The position numbers and the translations under genes are program-made. The notes under the pieces were generated by a model that was not told where the DNA came from, did no database searches, and saw nothing but the letters and a program-made list of their open reading frames with translations. From IMG/VR virus record IMGVR_UViG_2061766007_000711: a stretch of 46,387 nt of DNA, one strand, 5' to 3'. Source of the DNA: an uncultured virus (IMG/VR IMGVR_UViG_2061766007_000711). Its lineage: Duplodnaviria; Heunggongvirae; Uroviricota; Caudoviricetes. This document shows, in pieces, positions 29,469 to 38,540 of the stretch (the stretch's first letter is position 1; the number at the start of each line of letters is the position of its first letter).

Positions 29469-29852
29469 CTATGCCTCCTCTTTGTTGATTTCCACGCCGA
29501 GCGCCTTCAGGGTCATTTCGACGATGAGTGCGTTCGGGAAGGTATGCTGTTCCTGCTTGAACTGTTCACAGGCGGACTTCAGGCATTCCACCACGCGCTC
29601 GGACCGGTTTACTCCCTGCGTGACAACCTGTCCGTTGCCGTAGAATTTCCTTGCAACGTACGGGAGAGCCTCGGCGGGACACTTGACGAAAATTTCCGCG
29701 AACTCCTCGGACTTGTACCAGTCGGCTTCGTGTGCCTTCATGAAGGCGCGGAAGGCCTCGGGGTTGCACGTCTTGACATCTCCGCCCATGCGTTCATAAT
29801 ACTTGAACACCGAGTAGTTGAAAAGCCGTTGAAAAACTTGTTCAAAGTACAT
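29469..29852 (-). CDS. hypothetical protein
   Basis: GGAGG RBS, tight operon spacing. Confidence 0.7.
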   Translation of the reverse strand: MYFEQVFQRLFNYSVFKYYERMGGDVKTCNPEAFRAFMKAHEADWYKSEEFAEIFVKCPAEALPYVARKFYGNGQVVTQGVNRSERVVECLKSACEQFKQEQHTFPNALIVEMTLKALGVEINKEEA

Positions 29853-29853
29853 T

Positions 29854-30036
29854 TTATGCCTCCTTTGCGTCCTTGAATACTTTCCTTGCGAGGTGCGGGT
29901 GGCCGTCCTCGCCGATTACGGGGTACACCACTTCCTTGCCGCCCTTGACGAACTTGGTGTAGATGTCGCCCTTCAGGTATCCTTCCTTGACGAGCGACTC
30001 GATGAAAATGTTTGCTTCTTCCGTATATCCGGCCAT
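29854..30036 (-). CDS. hypothetical protein
   Basis: GAGG RBS, 60 aa. Confidence 0.6.
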   Translation of the reverse strand: MAGYTEEANIFIESLVKEGYLKGDIYTKFVKGGKEVVYPVIGEDGHPHLARKVFKDAKEA

Positions 30037-30179
30037 GTGTTACCTCATCTAGCGAACAAAAATTAAAAATTAAGCCGACGCCATGATTGCGTCCAGGATG
30101 ACGGAATNNNNNNNNNNCGTTACCTCCTAGTAATCAATGAGAACCATATCCATTTGTATAGTGAACAAAAAATTAAAAA

Positions 30180-30698
30180 TTAAGCCGACGCCATGATTGC
30201 GTCCAGGATGACGGAATGAGTGTGCGACTGTCCCGTGAGGTCGTCTATCGCGTCGGAATCCACCCGGGAGTAGTACTCGTCGTCCCACGCATCCACGCCG
30301 GGCTGGCCCTCGAAGTCCACCTCGGCGTACGTCTCCACGTCGACGGTGCCGGTGCCGTTGCACTCGGTGCAGGTCTCCTCGCATTCCACGCTCTCGCCGT
30401 CCTCGTCCTCCTCCTCGTAGCGGATGCTGCCGGAGCCACCGCAGTCGGGACAGCACCTGGTCAGGGAAATCTTGTCCACGCCCTCGGAAATCAGCTCGGC
30501 GGCCTCCACGGCCTTCCTGCCGGATTCCCCGGATACCTCGGACTTCAGCGCCTCGACCCATTCGCCGAACGAGCCGTACGCCTCGATTACATCGTCAACG
30601 TAGCCGTTGTAGCAGGCCTGTTCCAGGCCTCCGTTGCAGACCTGGTAGTGCAGGTTCCCGAGCCATTCGACCGCAGTGAGTTTTCTTGTGTTTCCCAT
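30180..30698 (-). CDS. acidic DMP19/DUF4375-like protein with inserted DnaJ-type zinc finger
   Basis: YQVCNGGLEQACYN motif; CPDCGGSG and CTECNGTG repeats flanking EEEDEDGE. Confidence 0.6.
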   Translation of the reverse strand: MGNTRKLTAVEWLGNLHYQVCNGGLEQACYNGYVDDVIEAYGSFGEWVEALKSEVSGESGRKAVEAAELISEGVDKISLTRCCPDCGGSGSIRYEEEDEDGESVECEETCTECNGTGTVDVETYAEVDFEGQPGVDAWDDEYYSRVDSDAIDDLTGQSHTHSVILDAIMASA

Positions 30699-30725
30699 GT
30701 TCCGTGCTCCTTTGAAATAAAAAAA

Positions 30726-31052
30726 TTACCATCCGATGTCCACGAGGATTGCCCCGAGACGGTTGTCCACGCTGAAGTCCTTGATTAGCCAGCCCTTCCG
30801 CACGAACACTACCTTGATGATGTCCTGGGTCGTATCGGTAAATGCCGTCATGCCGTCGGGGAGCCCGATGACGATGCGGCATTCGCGCTGCCCGCGTATT
30901 GCCTTATCGGGAACGCGGTCGTTGATTGCCCTCTGGACGATGCCGTCCCAGTTGATTGCTTCCTGGGTCATGTCCCTGGCGATTTCGGGGGTGATGTCCT
31001 TGATTTCCTTGATTTCCTTGGTTTCGCTGGATTCGACGGTTTCGTTTTCCAT
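30726..31052 (-). CDS. hypothetical protein
   Basis: GGAGG RBS. Confidence 0.65.
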   Translation of the reverse strand: MENETVESSETKEIKEIKDITPEIARDMTQEAINWDGIVQRAINDRVPDKAIRGQRECRIVIGLPDGMTAFTDTTQDIIKVVFVRKGWLIKDFSVDNRLGAILVDIGW

Positions 31053-31061
31053 GATGGCCTC

Positions 31062-31494
31062 CTACATCCTGACCTTGGTCACAGTCCATTCGGCGAAGGT
31101 ATGGCACGAACGGCGGTGGCGCAGGGTAATGGTGGTAACATGCTCGTCCCGGTTGCTCTGGTCGAGAATCTCGGCGAAGTCGGCAGCCTTGTACGGGTCG
31201 TGACAGTAGCTTCCCTTCTTGGATGCCACGGTCATTTCGACGATGATGCAGTCCTTGAACTTGCCGTCGGGCTTCACGTAGCCCATCTCCCCGAGGGCTC
31301 CGAGGACGGTACCAGTGATTGCCACGTCGGCATGTGCCGCGCTCGTGCGGAGGAGCGGTTCCTGCTGGTTCCCGTTGATGTTGCCGGAAACGATGAAATA
31401 GGANNNNNNNNNNAAGCGGTTCCTGCTGGTTCCCGTTGATGTTGCCGGAAACGATGAAATAGGACTTTGCCTTGCTCTTGGTCTTGGTTTCCAT
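31062..31494 (-). CDS. hypothetical protein (METKTKSK...)
   Basis: AAGGAG RBS after element copy 3; gap duplication inside. Confidence 0.6.
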
Positions 31495-31526
31495 TATTGC
31501 TGTCTCCTTTCGATTACACCATGCCC

Positions 31527-31572
31527 TTGCGACCGCCGGGGTCATCCCTGTCGTCCCCCGGGGAGCACGGTG
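31527..31572 (-). promoter_or_regulatory. GC-rich element copy 3, abutting the CRISPR trailer
   Basis: same consensus and spacing. Confidence 0.7.
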
Positions 31573-31581
31573 GAGGGACGG

Positions 31582-32525
31582 ACCAAATTCCCGCCTGCGC
31601 GGGAAACATTGCTGCCATCAAGTGCAAACACGCCATTATTGTTTCAATTCCCGCTCGCGCGGGAAACATAACGGCAAGGTCAATCACACATGGGGCTCTT
31701 CGTTTCAATTCCCGCCTTCGCGGGAAACATATAATGACTCCTTCAACGATTACGCGACCGTAGTTTCAATTCCCGCCTGCGCGGGAAACATTCGAGGGCC
31801 TGACTGTCCGCCATCTCCCGCCGCAATTTCAATTCCCGCCTGTGCGGGAAACATCGGGAAATCGTACAAGATTTACCTCCCCACAACTTTTCAATTCCCG
31901 CCCGCGCGGGAAACATTGGAGAAGATTGAGCTTCCCATCAAGTACATATTTCAATTCCCGCCCGCGCGGGAAACATCGTTTATGATTCCAGACCTCATTA
32001 CATCTCCTTTTCAATTCCCGCCCGCGCGGGAAACATCAGCAGCTGATGACAGCTGTGCTCGGCATCCCGTTTCAATTCCCGCCCGTGCGGGAAACATCTT
32101 AACGCGCAAGGCGTAGCCGAAATTACGATGTTTCAATTCCCGCCCGCGCGGGAAACATAGCTGGACACGTTCCAGGTCGGCTTCGACTATTTTCAATTCC
32201 CGCCCGCGCGGGAAACATCCTGGGCTGCTGTCAGCGGGCCATAGCCGATATTTCAATTCCCACCCGCGCGGGAAACATAGATTTGGCAGCGCGACACTAC
32301 CGTGGACGAGTNNNNNNNNNNNNNNNNNNNNNNNNNNNNNNNAACATTTGTTCTGCGACGCCATGTTGCCGTAGTAGTCATTTCAATTCCCGCCCGAGCG
32401 GGAAACATCACGTCGGGGTCCTCCCGGTAGTCCGGGGTGCACTTTCAATTCCCGCCCGCGCGGGAAACCTTATAAGCGACGCCACGAGGACATGTTCAAA
32501 TGATTTCAATTCCCGCCCGCGCGGG
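31582..32525 (-). CRISPR. CRISPR array, at least 16 repeats of 28 bp (+ strand TTTCAATTCCCGCCCGCGCGGGAAACAT), 15 visible unique spacers of 32-35 bp; no cas genes in window
   Basis: regular 60-63 bp period, 7-bp stem/4-nt loop, minus strand ends ATTGAAA; degenerate repeat at left end; one internal gap and leader side lost in gap. Confidence 0.95.
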
Positions 32526-32535
32526 NNNNNNNNNN

Positions 32536-32797
32536 GGAATTCCCCGGCGAGGTTGTCTGCACACATCCCGGCCTTCGCCAGGGCCATGAACAGCCTTTCT
32601 TCGGGGAAGCCGTGACGGAAAAGCACGTGACCCCCGGCGGAAATCGTCACCTCGCCGTTGGATACGCCGGCGGTAGCCTTGCCCCGGGCCGTGTACCTGT
32701 ATTCCACCGTGCCGTCCCCGGCAACCTCGCGGGTATATGCCCATCCGCAATCCCGGGCGCGTTGCAGGGCCTGTTCTTTCTGTTCTTCGGTAAGCAT
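32536..32797 (-). CDS. hypothetical protein (3' end in gap)
   Basis: AAGGAG RBS, MLTEEQKEQ start; no Cas motif recognised. Confidence 0.55.
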
Positions 32798-32808
32798 AAA
32801 TGGTCTCC

Positions 32809-33280
32809 TTAGTTGACTGGCTTGATGTCCCTGTCGCTGCACACGGCGAGCCCTTCCGGGCTCGTCAGGTAGTCGACGCATTCCTTCATCGTCCCGAAAT
32901 GGGGATATTTTACCCTGTCGAAGCGGCAGTTGAAGCGGGAAAGCCGGTTGTCTCCGTCCGTGGTCTCGCGGGAGAGCACGGAGCTGTACCAGCACTTCGA
33001 GATGTTGAAAATCATGCAGTGCGTGATGCCGTGGACTTTCTCGTCGCGAAAGCCGCCGAACACCTCGTCGCACCTCCCCTGCCATACGCAGCCGGGGAGA
33101 GTTTTCTGGTTTGGCCTGAGGTCTTCCCAGAGCTTCCACCCGGGATTGTCCTTGAACGGGGATATGTTGCTCCGGCCCAGAGCAATCAGCTCGCTTAGGT
33201 TCTCGCGTTGATACTGGTATACCCATACGGCGAAGCCGCCGCCTTCCGGGCTGCCCTCCGCATGTACCCTTCGCATCATG
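32809..33280 (-). CDS. hypothetical protein (5' end in gap; divergent allele at 33292-33651)
   Basis: open frame ...VWVYQYQRENL...CSDRDIKPVN. Confidence 0.55.
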
Positions 33281-34434
33281 TNNNNNNNNNNGCTATCCCG
33301 TCGAAGCGGCAGTTGAAGCGGGAAAGCCGGTTGTCTCCCCCGGTCAGCTCGCGGGAGAGCACGGAGCTGTACCAGCACTTCGACACGTTGAAAATCATGC
33401 AGTGCGTGATGCCGTGGACTTTCGCCTCGGAAGGCCAGCGGCCGAACACCTCGTCGCACCTTCCCTGCCATACGCATCCCGGGAGCCTTCCCTGGTCGGG
33501 CCCGTGGTCTTCCCACAGCCGCCACCCGGGATTGTCCTTGAACGGGGCTATGTTCCTCTGGCCGAGCGCAATCAGCTCGTTGAGGTTCTCGCGTTCGTAC
33601 TGGTATACCCACACGGTGAAGCCGCCGCCTTCCGGGCTGCCCTCCGCATGTANNNNNNNNNNNNNNNNNNNNNNNNNNNNNNNNNNNNNNNNNNNNNNNN
33701 NNNNNNNNNNNNNNNNNNNNNNNNNNNNNNNNNNNNNNNNNNNNNNNNNNNNNNNNNNNNNNNNNNNNNNNNNNNNNNNNNNNNNNNNNNNNNNNNNNNN
33801 NNNNNNNNNNNNNNNNNNNNNNNNNNNNNNNNNNNNNNNNNNNNNNNNNNNNNNNNNNNNNNNNNNNNNNNNNNNNNNNNNNNNNNNNNNNNNNNNNNNN
33901 NNNNNNNNNNNNNNNNNNNNNNNNNNNNNNNNNNNNNNNNNNNNNNNNNNNNNNNNNNNNNNNNNNNNNNNNNNNNNNNNNNNNNNNNNNNNNNNNNNNN
34001 NNNNNNNNNNNNNNNNNNNNNNNNNNNNNNNNNNNNNNNNNNNNNNNNNNNNNNNNNNNNNNNNNNNNNNNNNNNNNNNNNNNNNNNNNNNNNNNNNNNN
34101 NNNNNNNNNNNNNNNNNNNNNNNNNNNNNNNNNNNNNNNNNNNNNNNNNNNNNNNNNNNNNNNNNNNNNNNNNNNNNNNNNNNNNNNNNNNNNNNNNNNN
34201 NNNNNNNNNNNNNNNNNNNNNNNNNNNNNNNNNNNNNNNNNNNNNNNNNNNNNNNNNNNNNNNNNNNNNNNNNNNNNNNNNNNNNNNNNNNNNNNNNNNN
34301 NNNNNNNNNNNNNNNNNNNNNNNNNNNNNNNNNNNNNNNNNNNNNNNNNNNNNNNNNNNNNNNNNNNNNNNNNNNNNNNNNNNNNNNNNNNNNNNNNNNN
34401 NNNNNNNNNNNNNNNNNNNNNNNNNNNNNNNNNN

Positions 34435-34719
34435 CTCCAGCACCGCACCCTCGATGTTCTCGCGGAGCGCCCTGGTAATGGGGTTGCACACGCTCCTCAT
34501 CTCGTCCCCCCTGAAGAACGGGTCGATGGGGTAACCCACGAACAGGCCGTTCTCGCCCTCCATGATTCGCAGCCCGCGAACCACGAACTGGTCGTTGAGC
34601 ACGACCGTGGCGATACCCTTCATGTGCCCGAGGTGCGCGCCTTCCTCGAAAGGGAACACCTGCACCTGCGTCACCGCGAGGATGTCGAAATATTCGCTCT
34701 TTTCCTTTTCGTTCACCAT
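34435..34719 (-). CDS. spoVG: SpoVG-family nucleic-acid-binding protein (3' end in gap)
   Basis: VTQVQV, KGIATVVLNDQFVVRGLRIMEGENGLFVGYP, NPITRALRENIEGAVLE. Confidence 0.85.
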
Positions 34720-34764
34720 TTTAAATCTCCTTGAAAAAATTGCCGTTCTCTGTCCACGACCCCC

Positions 34765-34810
34765 TTGCGACCGCCGGGGTATCCCCGGTCGTCCCCCGGG
34801 AGACACGGTG
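34765..34810 (-). promoter_or_regulatory. GC-rich element copy 4 (upstream of spoVG)
   Basis: same consensus and spacing. Confidence 0.7.
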
Positions 34811-34826
34811 GTGGCGGGGACGCCGG

Positions 34827-35930
34827 CTACTTTCCCGTGGAAACGGCCTCGGCGACGATGCCGCTTGCGTCCAGCTTGGTCACGAGGGCTCCCCATGCCT
34901 TGCGCTCGGCCGCCGCCTTGCGCTCTTCCGGGGTGGCCCCGGTGGCTTCGACCGTGGTCGTGTACGTCACCGTCACCGTGAAGGTTTCCTTGGTCTTGGG
35001 CATCACCTTCGCCTTCTTCGGGGAGGCCGTCTTCGCGAGCTGCTTCTCGCCGATGGCCGTCCCCTTCATCTTGGCGCCGGACAGGTCGGCCCCGTCAAGG
35101 ATGGCCTTGCCGAACCTCGCGTCCTCCAGGTCGGCCCCGGAGAGGTTCGCCCCGGACAGGTCGGCCCGGGCGAAGTCCGCATCCTTGAGCCATGCGCCGG
35201 ACAGGTCGGCCCCGGTCATGTCCGCCCCGTTGAACTTCGTCTCGCCCAGGCCCGTGCGGAGGTTCGCCCCGCGCAGGCTGGCGCTTGAAAAGTTCACGCG
35301 CTCGGTATGGCGCAGGCCGGAAAGGTCCGCCCCGTCGAGCATGGCGCCGGAAAAGTCGCCCTCGGCGATATACGCGCCGCCGAAGGCCGCGCCGTCGAAG
35401 GTGGCCTTGGCGAATACAGCCTCGCGGATATACGCGTCCTTGAAGCTCGTCCGGACGCACTTCGCGCCGCCGAAGTCGGCCCCGGTGAAGTTCACCCCGG
35501 CCAGTTTCGCGTCGGTCAGGTCGGCCCCGGACAGGTTCGCCTCGTATCCCCGGGCCCTCCTGAGATTCGCCCCGGACAGGTTCGCGGAGGAGAAGTCGGC
35601 CTTCTCCACGTTGGCGCTGCGTAGGTTGGCCCCGGAGAGGTCGGCCCCGGCCATGTCGGCGTACCAGAGGTCCGCCCCGGAGAGGTCGGCCCCGGCCATG
35701 TTCGCCCCGGCAAGGTCAACCAGCCTGAGACGGGCCTTGCGGAGGTCCGCCCCGGAAAGGTCAAGCCCGGAAAGGTCGTTCCCTTCGAGGTCGGCCATCA
35801 TGCCCTCCCAGCCATCGCAGTCCTTGGCGAGCCAGTGCCTGTGGTTCTCGAGGATGACGGCGAGTTCCCCGGCGGATACCCTTACGGCCTTGTCCCCCTT
35901 CAGTACGTTTCTCCATTTCTTGTCAAACAT
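34827..35930 (-). CDS. pentapeptide-repeat protein
   Basis: ILENHRHWL head then long A(D/N)LSG repeats; AGGAG RBS before ATG 35930. Confidence 0.9.
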   Translation of the reverse strand: MFDKKWRNVLKGDKAVRVSAGELAVILENHRHWLAKDCDGWEGMMADLEGNDLSGLDLSGADLRKARLRLVDLAGANMAGADLSGADLWYADMAGADLSGANLRSANVEKADFSSANLSGANLRRARGYEANLSGADLTDAKLAGVNFTGADFGGAKCVRTSFKDAYIREAVFAKATFDGAAFGGAYIAEGDFSGAMLDGADLSGLRHTERVNFSSASLRGANLRTGLGETKFNGADMTGADLSGAWLKDADFARADLSGANLSGADLEDARFGKAILDGADLSGAKMKGTAIGEKQLAKTASPKKAKVMPKTKETFTVTVTYTTTVEATGATPEERKAAAERKAWGALVTKLDASGIVAEAVSTGK

Positions 35931-35983
35931 AGCCTGTCTCCTGTGTAAAAAGATTGAATAAGCCCGTTGTCGGTATACCCGGC

Positions 35984-36029
35984 TTGCGACCGCCGGGCAC
36001 TCCACGGTCGTCCCCCGGGAGGCACGGTG
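35984..36029 (-). promoter_or_regulatory. GC-rich element copy 5
   Basis: same consensus and spacing. Confidence 0.7.
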
Positions 36030-36030
36030 G

Positions 36031-36210
36031 TTACGGGGTATCCACCGGGACCTTCGCGAACTCCTCCGGGGAGACCTCGTGCCTCGCCCCGGACGCCATC
36101 GTTACCCGGTATACGGACCCCTCGCCGTAGCCGATGGGCTTGCCCTTGATGAAGCTCTCCATAAGGGCCACGTTGAGACGGTTGCCGTATATGTCCTGTA
36201 TGAACATCAT
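36031..36210 (-). CDS. 59-aa hypothetical protein (MMFIQDIYGNRLNV...) absent from the ORF track
   Basis: translated by hand; AAGGAG RBS, TAA at 36031-36033. Confidence 0.6.
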   Translation of the reverse strand: MMFIQDIYGNRLNVALMESFIKGKPIGYGEGSVYRVTMASGARHEVSPEEFAKVPVDTP

Positions 36211-36237
36211 GCCGACTCTCCTTTCGTTAAAAAATCC

Positions 36238-36561
36238 TTACAGCCCGACCTTGCCGGGTTCCCCATGCATGGTTGTCTCCGTCACGGTAACCCCCTGCAC
36301 GGACACCTTCTTCCCCCTGCGGGTTTCCCTAACGGCAATCTTCCCGCAAGGCCCGTGCATGGTCAGGTAGACGAACCGGGTATACGCACCCGAACGGTCG
36401 CTCCCGGCCACGAGCCTCACGATTGTATCACCCGATACGCTCTCCCTAGCTATCCCGTTCAGCTCGTCGAACAGGGCCTCGAACGAAGAAAATGTCTTGC
36501 CGGATATGCGCTTCCCGCATTCCTCACCGAAACGTACCGATTCATCCGATATTGCCTTCAT
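36238..36561 (-). CDS. hypothetical protein
   Basis: AAGGAG RBS. Confidence 0.65.
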   Translation of the reverse strand: MKAISDESVRFGEECGKRISGKTFSSFEALFDELNGIARESVSGDTIVRLVAGSDRSGAYTRFVYLTMHGPCGKIAVRETRRGKKVSVQGVTVTETTMHGEPGKVGL

Positions 36562-36581
36562 GACGCACTCCTTGAAAAAAA

Positions 36582-37145
36582 TTATTTCCCGTAACCCTGC
36601 TCCCGGGAACTTCTCACCATTTTGGTAACGACCGAGGCCACGTCGTCCGGGTCGAGCGTCGCGGTCCCGTGCTTACGCTGGCTGGGCCAGTCGATTTCCA
36701 CGCAGTTCTTGCTCGGGTCGGCTGGATATACCGTAATCTCGAAGTTCCACGCTCCGCGCCACGGGTCTTCGTCCGAGTCCGGGGCGTACCATGACCCCTC
36801 TACGCAGTATGCGCCGCACGTATTCCGTGTCGCCCTGATAACGAACTGGCCCTCCCCGAACGGGGCGGGTACGCGGAAGGCCGGGCCGAGGATTTCCTTC
36901 ACCATCTTTTCCTCCGCCTTCTCGAGCGCGGAGTGGGCGTCCAGGAATTCCGAAAGCCTGGCGGGTGTCACGTCGCGGCAGTCCACCAAGTCAACCTGCC
37001 CGGTCATGAAGGATTCCCTCATTTCCCGAGCGGTGTCGTCGGCCTTCTTCCTGGCCATCACCGGGTCGTCGTCGCGCACGAGCGCCACCCTGGGCCTGTA
37101 TGCCGGGTTAATCGGGTAGGCCGTAATCTTGTATACCGTTTCCAT
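36582..37145 (-). CDS. hypothetical protein (METVYKITAY...)
   Basis: AGGAG RBS after element copy 6. Confidence 0.7.
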   Translation of the reverse strand: METVYKITAYPINPAYRPRVALVRDDDPVMARKKADDTAREMRESFMTGQVDLVDCRDVTPARLSEFLDAHSALEKAEEKMVKEILGPAFRVPAPFGEGQFVIRATRNTCGAYCVEGSWYAPDSDEDPWRGAWNFEITVYPADPSKNCVEIDWPSQRKHGTATLDPDDVASVVTKMVRSSREQGYGK

Positions 37146-37200
37146 GTCCACTGTCTCCTGTGTAAAAAGATTAAATAAGCCCGTTGCCTGTATGGCCTGC

Positions 37201-37246
37201 TTGCGACCGCCGGGCACTCCCCTGTCGTCCCCCGGGAGGCACGGTG
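37201..37246 (-). promoter_or_regulatory. GC-rich element copy 6
   Basis: same consensus and spacing. Confidence 0.7.
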
Positions 37247-37800
37247 AGGGGAACCCCTCCCCACGGAATCCCCCGGAAGCCCCACGGAAGCCCCCTCGGT
37301 GGTTCCACCGGGAACACACGGGGGATACCCGGCGCCCGCGCCTGCCCCCCTCCCCGCTCCCCACATTCNNNNNNNNNNNNNNNNNNNNNNNNNNNNNNNN
37401 NNNNNNNNNNNNNNNNNNNNNNNNNNNNNNNNNNNNNNNNNNNNNNNNNNNNNNNNNNNNNNNNNNNNNNNNCCTCCCGGGAAACCCCAAGTACCCCCCA
37501 TGGAACACCCCGGAAACCCCCCTGCTCCCGGAGCCCTCCGAGGACTATCCAAGGACACCCCGGGGCCTTCCGAGGACTCTCCCGGGATACTCCGAGGACG
37601 CTCCTGGGATACCCCGGGGATTTCCCGGGAGGTTCCTGTCGTCCCCCGGGGGGCACGGTGGTGGGTACATGGTTCCGCCGGGCATCAGGGGAGCGGCCGG
37701 TGGAATTCACTCGGAATATCCATTGGAATCTCCATGGAATCCCCCGGGGAATCCCCACGGAATCCCCCGGGAGTGTCCTGTGGAATGTCCCGGGGTATAC
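37247..37800. repeat. non-coding GC-rich tract of CCCGG/GGAANCCCC units including a partial element (37638-37660) lacking the TTGCGAC box
   Basis: low-complexity sequence, only Pro/Gly-rich spurious ORFs. Confidence 0.55.
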
Positions 37801-37803
37801 ACG

Positions 37804-37832
37804 AAAGGCCCCCGCCCATTCGGGCGGGGGCC
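37804..37832 (-). terminator. probable terminator
   Basis: GGCCCCCGCCC-ATTC-GGGCGGGGGCC with TTT on - strand. Confidence 0.6.
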
Positions 37833-37871
37833 ACTCGGAGTTGCCCGGGGGTTACCCGGGAGCGTTACATG

Positions 37872-38426
37872 CTAGACTTCGTAGACGGGCACGACGGTAA
37901 TCTTGGCGTCCTCCACGGGGTTGCCTTCGGAGTTGCGGGCCTGGAGGGACTCGCGGGCTGCCTGGATGGCGTCCTCGTAGGTGTCGGAGACGGGTAGGTC
38001 GTAGAGCCTGACGATTTTCCCGTCTTCGCCCGTGGTGTTGATTACGGCTACGAATCCGTCGGGTTCGGGTCCGAGTCTGCCGTCGAGGGTCGAGTTGATG
38101 TCGTCCACCTTGGAGTCGACGGAGTCCACCTTGGAGTCGAGGTCGTCTACCTTGGAGTCCAGGGTGTCGACCTTGTCGTCCACGGTGTCGACCTTGTCGT
38201 CGACGTCGTCGATGGTCACCTTGCGGCTTCTGTGCCAGGAGGGCCAGGAGAAGCCGCCGACGGTCCTGACGAAGGCCGCGCCGGCGAAGGCGAGGATGGC
38301 TGCGCCGCCGACTGCGAGTTCGACGACGGTGGTGGGGGTGCCCTTGCCGGTGGCGACGAGGTAAGCGTCGGTGCCGAGAAGGACGAGGATGGCTGTTGCC
38401 ACGATATAGATAAGGAACTTTGTCAT
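37872..38426 (-). CDS. membrane-anchored protein with heptad-repeat coiled coil
   Basis: two hydrophobic N-terminal segments; (D-D/S-KVD-x-V/L/I) x5. Confidence 0.7.
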   Translation of the reverse strand: MTKFLIYIVATAILVLLGTDAYLVATGKGTPTTVVELAVGGAAILAFAGAAFVRTVGGFSWPSWHRSRKVTIDDVDDKVDTVDDKVDTLDSKVDDLDSKVDSVDSKVDDINSTLDGRLGPEPDGFVAVINTTGEDGKIVRLYDLPVSDTYEDAIQAARESLQARNSEGNPVEDAKITVVPVYEV

Positions 38427-38494
38427 GGTTGACTCCTTGTTTGTGTTTCTTGTAAAATTAAAGAAAAATAAAAGATTTTTCCCTTGCTCCCCCC

Positions 38495-38540
38495 TTGCGA
38501 CCGCCGGGGTTATCCCTGTCGTCCCCCGGGAGGCACGGTG
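38495..38540 (-). promoter_or_regulatory. GC-rich element copy 8
   Basis: same consensus and spacing. Confidence 0.7.

Noticed and set aside
31917..31948. Spacer 6 similarity to the AAA ATPase gene near 4262 (GAGAAGATTG)
   Set aside because: Only about 10 contiguous matching bases; expected by chance. No convincing self-target found by eye, but an exhaustive search was not possible
28309..33651. Genes flanking the array as cas genes
   Set aside because: No Cas1/2/3/4 motifs, Cas6 glycine-rich loop or RuvC motifs recognised; remote homology cannot be excluded without HMM/structure search
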